Positions 1-10,911 are shown, numbered from the stretch's first letter. The stretch: 64,000 bases of DNA from Waterburya sp. (GCA_965217895.1 CBDCJV010000002.1:736001-800000); one strand, 5' to 3'. Notes: generated by a model from the sequence alone, not told the origin. Translations and numbers: made by a program.

Positions 1-27
1 TTGCTGTTAACAAACTAGTAGTTAGCA

Positions 28-825
28 ATGCCATTAAACTTTATCTGGAATCCAGAAGACTACGCCAAAAACTCAGACGCGCAATTGAAATGGGCGCAAG
101 AGTTAAAAAAGAATCTCGATTTACAACAATACAAATCTATCCTTGACGTGGGTTGTGGTGATGGAAAGATTACGGCTGACTTTGCTGCAACCGTGCCACA
201 AAGCAAAGTGATGGGAACAGATAGCTCTTTTGAGATGATTGCTTATGCTGCTAAGAAATATCCTACCAGTCAATATCCTAATCTTACCTTTGATTGTGTC
301 GATGCGCGATCGCTCTTATTTAAGCAAGAATTCGATCTCATCTTTTCTAATGCCGTCCTGCACTGGGTAGACAATCATCAAGCATTTCTCAATGGGGCAA
401 ATTTAGCTTTACGAGATGGTGGAAGGTTGATTATTTCCTGTGGGGGAGAAGGAAATGCTGCTGAGATTTTGCAGGTTTTTGCAGAATTGGTAGCCTCTAA
501 TAACTGGAGTGCCTACTTTAAAGATTTTCACAATCCTTATTTTTTTCATGGACTTCAAGATTATCAGATCTGGTTGGAAAAATCTGGCTTCGAGATTAAG
601 CGTCTAGAATTAGTGCCAAAAGACATGACTCACAAAGGAAAAGAAGGTTTAGCAGGATGGATACGTACTGCCTGGATGCCTTTTACCACATGTGTACCAA
701 AAGATAAGCGTAATGATTTTATTGCTCAGTTTGTAGATTATTTTCTAGCCCAAAATCCTCTAGATTCTCAAGGACTTGCCCATGTTTCAATGGTTAGATT
801 AGAGGTTGATGCTTACCAAGTCTGA
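28..825 (+). CDS. Class I SAM-dependent methyltransferase (trans-aconitate methyltransferase-like)
   Basis: ILDVGCGDG motif I; FDLIFSNAVLHWV motif. Confidence 0.8.
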   Translation: MPLNFIWNPEDYAKNSDAQLKWAQELKKNLDLQQYKSILDVGCGDGKITADFAATVPQSKVMGTDSSFEMIAYAAKKYPTSQYPNLTFDCVDARSLLFKQEFDLIFSNAVLHWVDNHQAFLNGANLALRDGGRLIISCGGEGNAAEILQVFAELVASNNWSAYFKDFHNPYFFHGLQDYQIWLEKSGFEIKRLELVPKDMTHKGKEGLAGWIRTAWMPFTTCVPKDKRNDFIAQFVDYFLAQNPLDSQGLAHVSMVRLEVDAYQV

Positions 826-877
826 ATTTCAGGATATAATCTTATTTTTTGACATCATTAATAGAAAAATTTAGCTT

Positions 878-1366
878 ATGTTTCTTTTAACTGCTTGTTT
901 TGTAGCAGCTTTTATTTTTGCCAGCTTTGTGGAATATTGGCTACATCGCTGGATGCACATAGATCCTCGCTTGGGTAGAGATATTATTCCTCACTACGAA
1001 CATCATCGAGCCAATACGGCTAATGGGGTTTTATTAGAGTTCAAAGACTATGCGATGGTAGTTCCTTTAAGCTTTTTGGTATTTTTTATCTCAGTACCAG
1101 TAGGAATTAGTGCCGTGACAGGCAGTATTGTCTATGCTGCTTTTTCTGCCTACGCTCATCAGCTACAGCATGAATGTCCAACCAAGTGCGTTTGGCTAAA
1201 GATGCCCGTCCATTATGTACATCATAAATATAATCAGTGGGACTGCAATTTTGGCTTGGCAGTAGACTGGTGGGATAAGGTATTTGGTACTTATAAAGCA
1301 ATGGATTGGCTAACGCCAGAAGAATTGGAAAAACCAGCCAAAGGCTATTTACAAATTAAATGGTAG
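878..1366 (+). CDS. Sterol desaturase / fatty acid hydroxylase family membrane protein
   Basis: His boxes HRWMH, HYEHH, HQLQH, HYVHH; NFG...WDKVFGT motif. Confidence 0.8.
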   Translation: MFLLTACFVAAFIFASFVEYWLHRWMHIDPRLGRDIIPHYEHHRANTANGVLLEFKDYAMVVPLSFLVFFISVPVGISAVTGSIVYAAFSAYAHQLQHECPTKCVWLKMPVHYVHHKYNQWDCNFGLAVDWWDKVFGTYKAMDWLTPEELEKPAKGYLQIKW

Positions 1367-1502
1367 TTATTAAATACCTGTAAATTTTCCTTAAATAAAA
1401 ATCATAAGCACGATCCAAAATTTTCTTTTCACAGCTTTTGTAATACGATCGTTTTTGGCAATATAGCAAAAGACTGAGCTGCTAAAACAGCTAAAATTCA
1501 GA

Positions 1503-1820
1503 TTACGGTTGAATTTCAGCTTTCATTCTTTTGAGGGTCACTTCCATCTGGTCAAACATTTGCTGAGGAGTCATGCCAAATTGATTTAGCTGCGTTTTCA
1601 ATTGCTGCACAGTCATCTGTGCCATAAAATCTTCTGATAGCTCAAACCGCTTCATGAAAATGCGATAGCGTTCCATTAACTGCTCCATTTGATCGATAAA
1701 CTTCTTTTTGCCTTCTCGGTCAAACTTGCCGTATTCGCTACCCAATGTCATCAAAGATTGATAGTCCTCAAAAAGCTTTTTAGCTTCTTCTTGTACTACT
1801 TGAGAGTCAAAAAATCCCAT
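1503..1820 (-). CDS. DUF1825 family conserved cyanobacterial protein
   Basis: MGFFDSQVVQEEAK...YGKFDREGKK...FELSEDFMAQMT recognised as the family signature. Confidence 0.75.
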   Translation of the reverse strand: MGFFDSQVVQEEAKKLFEDYQSLMTLGSEYGKFDREGKKKFIDQMEQLMERYRIFMKRFELSEDFMAQMTVQQLKTQLNQFGMTPQQMFDQMEVTLKRMKAEIQP

Positions 1821-2055
1821 AATATTTATCTAACCTGAATTTAACTTACATCTCGCTAAGAGAAAAATAAATAAAATATATTTATTGTTTTAAAACTTAT
1901 ATTTCTATTGTAGAGCAGTAAATAAAGACCAGTAAAATACGGTTTCCCGACTGATTGTCAATTTGACCCAAGGAATTTAAGATACAAAAACTATTTTGAC
2001 CTGAGCTATGTTCTTTTGTTTGGCGGGTAGTATGTAGTATTAAGAGGAGCAAGAA

Positions 2056-2754
2056 TTGCGAGTCAGCACTATGATTAAAAAATCAAATATAAAGACAACA
2101 GTTATTGCTACAACGACGGTTACTATCATTATTAATTTTATAGCGGCTGATGTCCTTGCTTCGACCGATGCAGACTACTCTTTTAGGCTCACTTCAGACT
2201 GGCACGACTGTCAGCAAATAGGAACAGCATACCAAGAAGTTTACGCTTTTGAGACGGATAGTTTCTATGTCAATATCTGCCAAAAAGGCAATGCTTATTT
2301 TTACTCAGGGGAAGCCAAACAGAGTGACCATAGCTCTATCTTTATGCCTGCGTATCCCCTAAAGAATGGTCAAGGTTTTCAGGCTGAAAACGGTAATCTA
2401 TCTTATTTGGTCTTGTTACCTTTTAACAAGCAAAATGACGGTAGCCAAGTTCCAACTCGCAAGCCAACAGAAGCTATTTTAACTATCAAGCGTAACGGGC
2501 ATTTGGTGTCGGTGGAATCTTCTTTAAATAAATACTGTCATCAATCAGCAGATAAGATTGCCTTTGATACTATTAAGATTCAGCCACAGAACTCGAATCA
2601 AGTAGCCACAATTTCCAATCAACAAGATTTTAACTTAGATATATCTTTTGCCAACCAAGGAAAACTTTTACCACCAGAAATTTTTCAGTCTAATTCTCGA
2701 TTTGATTTTTATCGCGTCGGCGGGGAATTGCATCGCTTAACCACCTGTAATTAG
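2056..2754 (+). CDS. Hypothetical, probably exported protein (start may be a downstream ATG)
   Basis: 232-aa ORF with hydrophobic N-terminus; AFETDSFYVNIC motif seen in cyanobacterial exported proteins. Confidence 0.55.
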   Translation: MRVSTMIKKSNIKTTVIATTTVTIIINFIAADVLASTDADYSFRLTSDWHDCQQIGTAYQEVYAFETDSFYVNICQKGNAYFYSGEAKQSDHSSIFMPAYPLKNGQGFQAENGNLSYLVLLPFNKQNDGSQVPTRKPTEAILTIKRNGHLVSVESSLNKYCHQSADKIAFDTIKIQPQNSNQVATISNQQDFNLDISFANQGKLLPPEIFQSNSRFDFYRVGGELHRLTTCN

Positions 2755-2794
2755 GATTTGAGAACTTTTTCGATTCTTGTGAGTTACAGACTAA

Positions 2795-3457
2795 TCATAA
2801 TAATCCTCGATAGCGAATAAATAGTAAAATTACTGCCCACGAGCCTAATGCTACTTTTACAGCAACTAAAATATTGAGTAAAGGAATAATTCCTCCACTA
2901 AAAAGCGTGCCTAATTCTCCTAGGGGTAATTCTCCTCCAATTAAAGTTACCACCGCTAACGAAATAAAAATTAGCACTGAAAGCTTTTCCCAGGTAGCAG
3001 CATGATACTTTTCATAGATTGCTTCCATTTGTTGAGACGATAAGGTAATGGCAAGCAAACCGATCGCTGTTCCTCCTGCAACCCCCGCAGCAAAACCGCC
3101 ACCAGGACTAAGATGTCCGCGAATTGCTAGTTCAATACTTATTATGGCGGCAATAGTTGCACCCAGACGGGCGAGAATAATGGATGGGCGATCGCTAAAT
3201 TGATAGACTGTTTCGGTAGGTTGTTCGTTTGCTAGCAGAAATTTTACGCCTAAGATGGCGATCGAAAATACTACTACCTCAAAAATTGTGTCATAAAGAC
3301 GATTGCGAAAAATTATGCCTGAAACTGCATTAGGTACGCCAGTATCTTCTACTATTGAACCGACAATGGAAATTTCTTGCCATTGGGCTGTGGGATTGGG
3401 CATAATCAGCATTTTGACGAAGAATGCCAATCCTGCTGCGAGATAAAGCCATTTCAT
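2795..3457 (-). CDS. mrpB: Mrp/Mnh Na+/H+ antiporter subunit B
   Basis: PNAVSGIIFRNRLYDTIFE and GHLSPGGGFAAG motifs; last gene of the operon. Confidence 0.85.
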   Translation of the reverse strand: MKWLYLAAGLAFFVKMLIMPNPTAQWQEISIVGSIVEDTGVPNAVSGIIFRNRLYDTIFEVVVFSIAILGVKFLLANEQPTETVYQFSDRPSIILARLGATIAAIISIELAIRGHLSPGGGFAAGVAGGTAIGLLAITLSSQQMEAIYEKYHAATWEKLSVLIFISLAVVTLIGGELPLGELGTLFSGGIIPLLNILVAVKVALGSWAVILLFIRYRGLL

Positions 3458-4002
3458 TGACGATCCTCCTGGTTTACGGTTACGTAAGTCAAAGTAGTCT
3501 CTGACGCGGTTAATTCGGTTTGTATAATTTCAAACAGACGCTGCACTCTGATTGCAGTTTGATACATTGGGCTATTACTTGATGCCGATTTGCTACAGAT
3601 AGCGTGAACTTCTTTAGCCATTAATGCTTGTTCTAAAGCTTTTGAGTTGGAATATTCGACTATTTCAAGACGTAAATGATATTGAGTAATGACTTTTTGA
3701 AGATTGGTTATTAGTTCTGTAAAATAAGTATCTTTGCCTGCCTTCAGATCTGAAAGTACCCCAAGACGCATTACCAAGGAGGAACGAACTGCAACCACAT
3801 AAAGAGTAATTGCCAACATTGTCCCTACTAAAGCTTCAGTTAAAGCCACGTCTGCTGCGCCCAAAACTGCATAGATCAATGCTGCGATCGCACCTAAAAT
3901 GCCTCGGATAACCAAAGCGTGATAAGGGTTGGCTTGAAATACCAATATCAAAGCCGCTAATGGCATTAACGCCACAATGGCATAGATATAATTATCAATC
4001 AT
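3454..4002 (-). CDS. Mrp antiporter DUF4040-domain subunit
   Basis: LGAADVALTEALVG motif; overlaps neighbouring genes. Confidence 0.8.
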   Translation of the reverse strand: MIDNYIYAIVALMPLAALILVFQANPYHALVIRGILGAIAALIYAVLGAADVALTEALVGTMLAITLYVVAVRSSLVMRLGVLSDLKAGKDTYFTELITNLQKVITQYHLRLEIVEYSNSKALEQALMAKEVHAICSKSASSNSPMYQTAIRVQRLFEIIQTELTASETTLTYVTVNQEDRQ

Positions 4003-4273
4003 TGTTTTCCCCGCTACTAGAACAATACGCTAAAACATAGCCCAGCACTGTATTCCAAATTGCTAAGGAAATAATTGCCAAGAGCAACAACGACCATTCA
4101 CTGGGTATCTTAAGTAGTAACCCGAAAATAATAGTCATAGAACCAAGAGTATCGGCGACAGAAAGACTATGAAGCTTAAATAGTACTGATCTGTTGCTAA
4201 TTAAGGGTAATGTTCCCCAAAACCAAAAGATAATGCCGATAATCATCAGACTGTAACTTAAAATTTCAATCAT
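3995..4273 (-). CDS. mrpG: Mrp antiporter subunit G
   Basis: KLHSLSVADTLG motif; operon position. Confidence 0.8.
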   Translation of the reverse strand: MIEILSYSLMIIGIIFWFWGTLPLISNRSVLFKLHSLSVADTLGSMTIIFGLLLKIPSEWSLLLLAIISLAIWNTVLGYVLAYCSSSGENND

Positions 4274-4312
4274 AAATAACGCCTAATGTATGTTAGCTTT
4301 GTTTAAAATTTA

Positions 4313-4570
4313 CTAGTTCGTAACTTCGTTTAACCGTTTCATTAAATGCGCCAAGAGCATCAAGCCCGCATTGCCTACACTTAAAATGAGGACGGCAACG
4401 ACTCCAATTGACCAATCATCCCGTAAAACAGAGATAAATAGCATCATAATTGCGGTTTTTGTGGCAATACTGGCAAATGCCAGCATTTTTTGCCAAATAT
4501 CGTCATCCTGGCAAGCTTCGTAGATTGGGATTAATAAAGCTAAAATCATCGCTATCAAAATTGAATCCAT
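4313..4570 (-). CDS. mrpF: Mrp antiporter subunit F-like membrane protein
   Basis: Small 3-TM protein between the E and G subunits. Confidence 0.6.
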   Translation of the reverse strand: MDSILIAMILALLIPIYEACQDDDIWQKMLAFASIATKTAIMMLFISVLRDDWSIGVVAVLILSVGNAGLMLLAHLMKRLNEVTN

Positions 4571-4594
4571 TGTTTCATTTATCAGTTATTAAAG

Positions 4595-5008
4595 TTAATC
4601 TCTATTTACTTCTGCACTCCTTACCTTCGGTTTAACTCGATGCACCTCATACCAGCCAGCTTTATCATATTTAACAACAATAGTTTTAGGGGTAAAGGTA
4701 ATCAAAAATATATCGAGAAATATTAGTCCTGGTGTCCGTCGAGATTTAACTCTTTTCCTGACTATATCCTCTTCATTGTGGGGTCGAAGCATAATTTGGA
4801 TCGCCTCAATATAAGCTTGAGGAATAGCAACGACAACTTCCCACAACACCCGTAGCCAATCATTTAACGCTTCTGGAGATGTATAGCTACGTGGCAATAG
4901 CAGCGCGATCGCCACGCCGATAATAATATTAGCCAAACTATAATCGGCAGTGAGTAAAAACCAAATTGTTAGTCGTAGTATTATATTAAGAATGGCGATC
5001 GCCTCCAT
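4595..5008 (-). CDS. mrpE: Mrp antiporter subunit E
   Basis: LITFTPKT motif; operon position. Confidence 0.8.
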   Translation of the reverse strand: MEAIAILNIILRLTIWFLLTADYSLANIIIGVAIALLLPRSYTSPEALNDWLRVLWEVVVAIPQAYIEAIQIMLRPHNEEDIVRKRVKSRRTPGLIFLDIFLITFTPKTIVVKYDKAGWYEVHRVKPKVRSAEVNRD

Positions 5009-6465
5009 ACTATCCAGAAAAGTAAAACTAACGTTAGTGCCATGAACCCCATCAAATGGTCGAATTGCTCAAAATCACGGGGTATTTTGATTACTAGTTT
5101 TTTGAAGATTAAAAAATAAGCCAACCAACCTAAAGCAATAGTGGTTAAAGGTTTAATTGTATTTTGTAAGCTATAGGCTTGATAGTAAAAAACATTGGCA
5201 CCAATTAATCCCCCTAGTAAAACTATCATCGCCCACCAAAACCCAGGTTGGATCTTCTTCTGCGCCCGTTCATGTCCCCCAGCCTCTCCGTTTTCTAGTT
5301 GCCTTCCGTGTGGCAGAAAAATAAATTTAGCAAAGGAAATTGCCGTTCCCAGTGCAGCAAGATTCATGCCAATCACCTGCCAGGGTAAGAGATTTTTGCT
5401 AGTTAAGACTTTTGCCCCAAAACCAGACAGTAAAGGAAATCCAGAAATTGAAAAACTAGCGATCGCTAAAGCCAGCCAAATCTTATTGTCGATAGGTTGC
5501 TGTTGCAGTTGTTTAAAGTTGCGACTAGGTAAAACCCCCGCAATTAAAAACAATGCAGACTTGACTAAACCGTGAGTTAAGGCATAAAAACCACCTACAA
5601 CTGGCGCAGCAAGGACAAAACCTAACTGAGAAATAGTGTGAAACGCTAACATCCGCTTGGTATCTTTTTCCAAAACTGCAAAACCTACTCCTAAAAGTGC
5701 TGTAGCCACGCCAAAAAACCTGACAATAGGATCGATTTCTGCCAACAGCAGCGCGCAACGTACTAAGGGGAAGACACCCGCTTTAACTACTACTCCCGAA
5801 AGCATTGCCGAGACAGGACTTTCTGATTCGGAATGAGTTAAGGGCAACCACAAGCCTGAAACAAAAATACCGCCTTTAACTAATAGTCCGAGAAAAATTA
5901 GCGCAACTGCTTCTGGGGGAGAACCACGCAAACCTGCATAATTAAAAGAATGATGTGCCTGATATATCAGCACTGCCCCCACCAAATAAAACAGCATGGC
6001 TACATTGCTGACGAAAAGATAGCGCAATCCTACCCAAATCGATCTGTCAGTGCGAGGATAAGCAATTAGCAGAAAGGATGCAATACTAATTACTTCTAGT
6101 GCCACATATAAACTAATAAAATCGGCACAGATAAAAGTAGCGTTAACGCTGCCATGCAGAATAACTAGCTGCGTATAGAAGAATGCCGTTTTACTGCTTT
6201 GCCAACAGTAAAGAATAACTGCTGCTGTCACCAGTGCATTAGTTAAAATAAAAAAACCGCTTAATCGATCGACGATTAAAGTAACGCCAAAATTATTTAG
6301 TAACTGTATATTTAAAGGCGAGCCGAGCAAAAATATCACCACGGCGTAAGCAGTCGAAACTAGAGCAATTCCTAATGCTAAAAACCGATCCAGTCTAGGA
6401 AATAGATAAATAGCAAAGCCGATAAAAAATGGTAAAGCTAGCCAGGCGATCATTATGTCGCTCAT
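4981..6465 (-). CDS. mrpD: Mrp antiporter subunit D (NuoL/M/N-like)
   Basis: LYVALEV, WLPLTHSES, SAMLSGVVVKAG, KRMLAFHTISQLG motifs. Confidence 0.85.
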   Translation of the reverse strand: MSDIMIAWLALPFFIGFAIYLFPRLDRFLALGIALVSTAYAVVIFLLGSPLNIQLLNNFGVTLIVDRLSGFFILTNALVTAAVILYCWQSSKTAFFYTQLVILHGSVNATFICADFISLYVALEVISIASFLLIAYPRTDRSIWVGLRYLFVSNVAMLFYLVGAVLIYQAHHSFNYAGLRGSPPEAVALIFLGLLVKGGIFVSGLWLPLTHSESESPVSAMLSGVVVKAGVFPLVRCALLLAEIDPIVRFFGVATALLGVGFAVLEKDTKRMLAFHTISQLGFVLAAPVVGGFYALTHGLVKSALFLIAGVLPSRNFKQLQQQPIDNKIWLALAIASFSISGFPLLSGFGAKVLTSKNLLPWQVIGMNLAALGTAISFAKFIFLPHGRQLENGEAGGHERAQKKIQPGFWWAMIVLLGGLIGANVFYYQAYSLQNTIKPLTTIALGWLAYFLIFKKLVIKIPRDFEQFDHLMGFMALTLVLLFWIVWRRSPFLI

Positions 6466-6797
6466 GGCGTATTATTCTCTTCGATCGCACTAGTTTCTAG
6501 AGTCGGATTATCTTTTGCCAACTTCATTACTCCCACCAGCATTAAAGCCTGAATCGAAAAGCCAATCACAATTGCCGTTAAAATAACCGCCTGGGGAACA
6601 GGATCGGCATAAGCAATATTATTTTTATTGCTCACGATGGGCGTAAACAAACCATCCCTTGATGCTACAAGCACATAATAGGCAATGACCCCCGTACTCA
6701 TAATGTCCATCGAGATGATTTTCATAACTAGACTTTGTTTAAAGATAATGCCAAAAAATCCACATAACATAGTGGCTAAAATACAAGCTTCTAACAT
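6462..6797 (-). CDS. mrpC: Mrp antiporter subunit C
   Basis: ADPVPQAVILTAIVIGF motif. Confidence 0.9.
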   Translation of the reverse strand: MLEACILATMLCGFFGIIFKQSLVMKIISMDIMSTGVIAYYVLVASRDGLFTPIVSNKNNIAYADPVPQAVILTAIVIGFSIQALMLVGVMKLAKDNPTLETSAIEENNTP

Positions 6798-6827
6798 TTT
6801 CCCATCACCAATAAAAAACGATTAATA

Positions 6828-7040
6828 TCAAACGGCATTTTTAATTAAAAATAACATCGGTAAAGTCAAGGCAATACGAAAGACAAATCTAGAGGCAAAT
6901 TTCAATGCTTTTTGATTAGAGGTATCTATGTTTTTGGAACTAAATTCGCTTATGTTGGGCAACAAAAAAACCGCTGCAAAAACATAGACAGTAAAACAAA
7001 ACCAAACTAAGGTATTTCGATCTGAAACTAAATAATTCAT
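6828..7040 (-). CDS. Small hypothetical membrane protein
   Basis: 70-aa ORF with two hydrophobic segments, co-oriented upstream of mrpC. Confidence 0.4.
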   Translation of the reverse strand: MNYLVSDRNTLVWFCFTVYVFAAVFLLPNISEFSSKNIDTSNQKALKFASRFVFRIALTLPMLFLIKNAV

Positions 7041-7279
7041 AATGCCTGTTAAAATTTATAGATTAAAATCTATTAAAAACAAAATCTCATAGTAAATATA
7101 CTATACATATCGGTAGAAAAATACAACCATAGTTATATTTGAGTTGTTAATTTTTTAGTTGATAATTTCCTTATGCGAAACGGTATCCGTGATAGACATC
7201 TTTAAAAGTTAGTCTAATGTAGATAGAGAGATAGCAAATTAGCTATACTCCTCATTCCTCATCCCTCATCTCTTAAACT

Positions 7280-8263
7280 GTGTCTATTATTGCCGTCGAA
7301 AACCTCAGTAAAATATACCCTGTAGCGATAAAAAAGCCAGGACTCAAGGGAACTTTAACCCACTTTTTTCGCCGTACCTATCGCCAAATCAAAGCCGTAC
7401 AAAATGTATCTTTCCAGATTCAGCCAGGGGAAGTGGTCGGATTTTTGGGTGCTAATGGTGCAGGCAAAACTACCACTTTAAAGATGCTGACGGGTTTAAT
7501 TCACCCTTCTGAGGGGGAGGTAATTGTAGCAGATCATATTCCTTTTCGCCGTCAGCCTGAATTTTTACACAAAACCAGCCTAGTAATGGGACAAAAGCAG
7601 CAACTACTTTGGGACTTACCTGCTTTGGATTCTTTACGCATCAATGCTGCTGTTTACAATATTCCCGACAAGATTTTTAAACAGCGTCTGGGTGAATTGG
7701 CAACTATGTTAGACGTTACTGATAAGCTCAATCAGCCAGTGCGAAAGCTTTCTTTAGGAGAAAGAATGAAGGCTGAGTTGTTAGCTGCTTTGCTACATCA
7801 TCCCCAGGTATTGTTTCTCGATGAGCCGACTTTGGGTTTAGACGTTAATGCTCAAGCAGCAGTCAGAAAATTTCTGCAAGAATATAATCAACGCTATGGA
7901 GCAACAATTTTGCTGACTAGCCACTACATGGCAGATATTACGGCATTGTGCGATCGCGTTTTGTTAATTCATCAAGGACAATTGATCTACGACGGCTTAC
8001 TTGATGGTTTACTTGATCGTTTTGCTCCTTATCGTCAGGTAAAAGTGGTATTGGCACAGCCAGTCTCAAAGACAAAATTAAAGGAATTTGGCGAGATTGA
8101 ATCTATTCAAGGACAAGAAGTCAAATTTTTAATCCCTAGAGAAAAACTAACCTCCACTATTTCGCGGATTTTGGCTCAATTACAAATACAAGATTTAAAT
8201 GTCAACGATCCACCAGTTGAAGAAATTATTGGTCGTTTATTTCAAGCAGGAAAAGTTGCTTGA
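7280..8263 (+). CDS. ABC-2 type transporter ATP-binding protein
   Basis: Walker A GANGAGKTT, LSLGE signature, LFLDEPT. Confidence 0.9.
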   Translation: MSIIAVENLSKIYPVAIKKPGLKGTLTHFFRRTYRQIKAVQNVSFQIQPGEVVGFLGANGAGKTTTLKMLTGLIHPSEGEVIVADHIPFRRQPEFLHKTSLVMGQKQQLLWDLPALDSLRINAAVYNIPDKIFKQRLGELATMLDVTDKLNQPVRKLSLGERMKAELLAALLHHPQVLFLDEPTLGLDVNAQAAVRKFLQEYNQRYGATILLTSHYMADITALCDRVLLIHQGQLIYDGLLDGLLDRFAPYRQVKVVLAQPVSKTKLKEFGEIESIQGQEVKFLIPREKLTSTISRILAQLQIQDLNVNDPPVEEIIGRLFQAGKVA

Positions 8264-8403
8264 CTTTTTACTTATTTACCGCCCGATCAATAGCTTAAAC
8301 CAAAAAAATGTAGTTGATTAAGTTCAGGTTTAATTTTAGAATTAACTCTTCTCATCTCAGCTTAAATCTTACACTTTCTTACTCACCATCAAATTTTGGC
8401 AAT

Positions 8404-9324
8404 ATGAAAAAGCTTAAAGGAAGAGATCTGCTTGGCACTGCCGATTTAAACGCCGAAGAAACTCTGAGTCTATTAGAATTAGCTCGTAAACTAAAAAATC
8501 AAGAACTAGTTATTCAATGCAATAAAGTTTTGGGCTTACTATTTTATAAAGCCTCAACCCGTACCAGAGTATCTTTTAGCGTGGCAATGTATCAGCTAGG
8601 GGGACAGGTAATCGATCTTAATCCTAGCTTGACTCAAGTTGGTCGTGGTGAACCAATTGAAGACACTGCTAGGGTATTAGACCGCTACCTTGATATCTTG
8701 GCTATACGTACCTTTGCTCAAGCAGATCTCCAAACCTTTGCTAATTATGCTCAAATTCCGATTATCAATGCTTTGACTGATTTAGAGCATCCCTGTCAGA
8801 TTTTGGCTGATTTATTAACGGTACAAGAGTGCTTTGGCTCATTGGCAGGCAAAACCCTAACTTATTTAGGAGATGGGAATAATATGGCTAACTCTCTGCT
8901 GCTAGGAGGTGCTTTGACTGGTCTAAATATCAGGGTTGCTGCTCCTCAAGGTTATGAACCAGACCCCGATATTGTGCAGCGCGCTCAAAAAATTGCTGCG
9001 GGTAAGTCTGAGATTGTTGTTACCCAAGACCCTATTGCTGCCGTAGAAGGAGCGCAGGTAGTTTATACAGATGTTTGGGCAAGTATGGGACAAGAAGACT
9101 CAGCAAATCAAAGGATTCCAGTTTTTCAACCCTATCAAGTAAACCAGCAGCTTATTAATCATGCCGATCCCCAGGCTATTATTCTGCACTGCTTACCTGC
9201 TCATCGAGGAGAAGAAATTACCACTGAGGCAATCGAGAGTGAGCGATCGCGTGTATGGGATCAGGCAGAAAATAGAATGCACGCCCAAAAAGCCTTATTG
9301 GCTAGCTTATTAGGTTGGCAATAG
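8404..9324 (+). CDS. argF: Ornithine carbamoyltransferase (start moved to ATG 8404)
   Basis: STRTR, HPCQ, YTDVWASMGQE, HCLP, QAENR motifs. Confidence 0.95.
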   Translation: MKKLKGRDLLGTADLNAEETLSLLELARKLKNQELVIQCNKVLGLLFYKASTRTRVSFSVAMYQLGGQVIDLNPSLTQVGRGEPIEDTARVLDRYLDILAIRTFAQADLQTFANYAQIPIINALTDLEHPCQILADLLTVQECFGSLAGKTLTYLGDGNNMANSLLLGGALTGLNIRVAAPQGYEPDPDIVQRAQKIAAGKSEIVVTQDPIAAVEGAQVVYTDVWASMGQEDSANQRIPVFQPYQVNQQLINHADPQAIILHCLPAHRGEEITTEAIESERSRVWDQAENRMHAQKALLASLLGWQ

Positions 9325-9384
9325 TTAGAAAATAAGAAGGATAAAGGAAATACTTTTATTCCTCATCCTTTATCCCTTCAAAAG

Positions 9385-10224
9385 CTACTGTGGATCGCCT
9401 AAATTAAACAAGAAGGGAATACCGCCTTGAGAATCACCACTGGTAACCAATACTCTAGGCATCTGCGCCCCACCTTCTCGCCAGGCTTCGATCGCTTCTT
9501 TTTTTAATACAAGTTCACCACCCTGAGCTTTAAGTGTTTCTGCTAATAGTCTTTGGGCTTCGGCTTTACCTTTGGCACGGTTGATATCTGCCTGAGCCTG
9601 CTGCTCTGCCTCTCTAGCTACGTATACTGCTCTTTGGGATTTTTGTTCGGCAATTTGCTTCTCTTCAACTGCTCTAGCAAATTCAGGAGAGAAATTAAGG
9701 TCAACGACGCTGGTATCTAAGATAATAATGCCGTATTTGTCCAAACGCTCTCCCAGAGCATCGTCAAAGTCTTGTTTTAATTCATTCCTCTTCGTAATTG
9801 CTTCTTCAACCGTTCTTCTGGCTGCTGCGATTTTAAATGATTCTTGGGTTTGAGGAGCAATAATTTTTGAGACAATATTTTGCAATGTTCCCTGTTTTCT
9901 TCTAATTTCGACTACTTGAATTGGATCGAGACGGAAGTTAATTGCAAAGCTAGCTTTAAGATCCTGTAAATCTTTAGTAGAGCTTTCGGCAGGTACTTCA
10001 AATTTTTGTACTGTTAAATCATAAATATCTACATTAGATACTAACGGCGGACGAAAATGGAGTCCTTCAAGCAATACGCCGTCCTGGGCTTTACCTAAAA
10101 TACTTAAAACCCCAGCCTGACCAGGATTAAGAATGACAAATGAATTGAAAGCAAGCAAAGCTACTAAAGCAGCAACGATACCACCCAGCAAAGGCTGCCA
10201 ACTATTAGATGACTGAGTATTCAA
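9385..10224 (-). CDS. Prohibitin / SPFH (band 7) family protein
   Basis: N-terminal TM; STKDLQ motif; AVEEKQIAEQ coiled coil. Confidence 0.9.
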   Translation of the reverse strand: MNTQSSNSWQPLLGGIVAALVALLAFNSFVILNPGQAGVLSILGKAQDGVLLEGLHFRPPLVSNVDIYDLTVQKFEVPAESSTKDLQDLKASFAINFRLDPIQVVEIRRKQGTLQNIVSKIIAPQTQESFKIAAARRTVEEAITKRNELKQDFDDALGERLDKYGIIILDTSVVDLNFSPEFARAVEEKQIAEQKSQRAVYVAREAEQQAQADINRAKGKAEAQRLLAETLKAQGGELVLKKEAIEAWREGGAQMPRVLVTSGDSQGGIPFLFNLGDPQ

Positions 10225-10360
10225 ACTACTATCTCCTCTGTTATATATAAAATAAATTTGCGATCGGTATTTGAAAGTCTACCGTATTTAAGGGTTTAGC
10301 AGTAGTTAAGTGTATTCAGAGATTGCTATCAAATCGATTAACGCCTTATAAATTAACGAG

Positions 10361-10633
10361 TTATTCAACTACTACGCACCATTCATGAAGCTCAAAGTCT
10401 ACACAGTTGTTAGCAATCAAGGGATCTTGAGCAACTATAGTTTGTGCTTCTTGGAGAGAACTTGCTTCAAAAATCAGCATTCCTCCTCCTAATCCCTTCC
10501 AATAGCCAGTTCTAGCTTTGTGTCCTTGAGCAATAAGTTGGCGTACATATTTTTTGTGCGCAGGAACGTATTGATCGAAAGCAATTTTGTTGACTATTCC
10601 TTTTTCTATTTTGACGAAAGTAAGCATAAGCAA
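10361..10633 (-). CDS. YciI family protein
   Basis: VPAHK...GGGMLIFEA...DPL motif. Confidence 0.8.
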   Translation of the reverse strand: MLMLTFVKIEKGIVNKIAFDQYVPAHKKYVRQLIAQGHKARTGYWKGLGGGMLIFEASSLQEAQTIVAQDPLIANNCVDFELHEWCVVVE

Positions 10634-10690
10634 AAATTAGATTTATTGTAAACAAGATAACAGTACTAAATATTACAATAACGTTATATT

Positions 10691-10876
10691 TATAGCGGTT
10701 TTTAAATTAGTCAGATATAAATTGAATTATTTTAAGGCAAAAGTTAAATTTATCTTAACAAATCAAGAAACGCTTTATAGCGTTTCTCAGTTTACTGAAG
10801 TACATCTAACTTCTGCTTTCTGCCTTCTGCCTTAAAGCGATTTACTTTGTACCTGACTAATTTGAGAACCGCTATA
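10691..10876. mobile_element. MITE with ~31-bp imperfect terminal inverted repeats
   Basis: TATAGCGGTTTTTAAATTAGTCAGATATAAA at 10691 versus reverse complement of the right end TATAGCGGTTCTCAAATTAGTCAGGTACAAA; a related internal end near 10777. Confidence 0.7.
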
Positions 10877-10911
10877 TTTCAGCTAATTAAGCATTTTCAT
10901 TATTAAAATAA

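Noticed and set aside
2795..6797. Mrp operon without a full mrpA as a novelty
   Set aside because: A C-D-E-F-G-DUF4040-B arrangement is a known cyanobacterial form.
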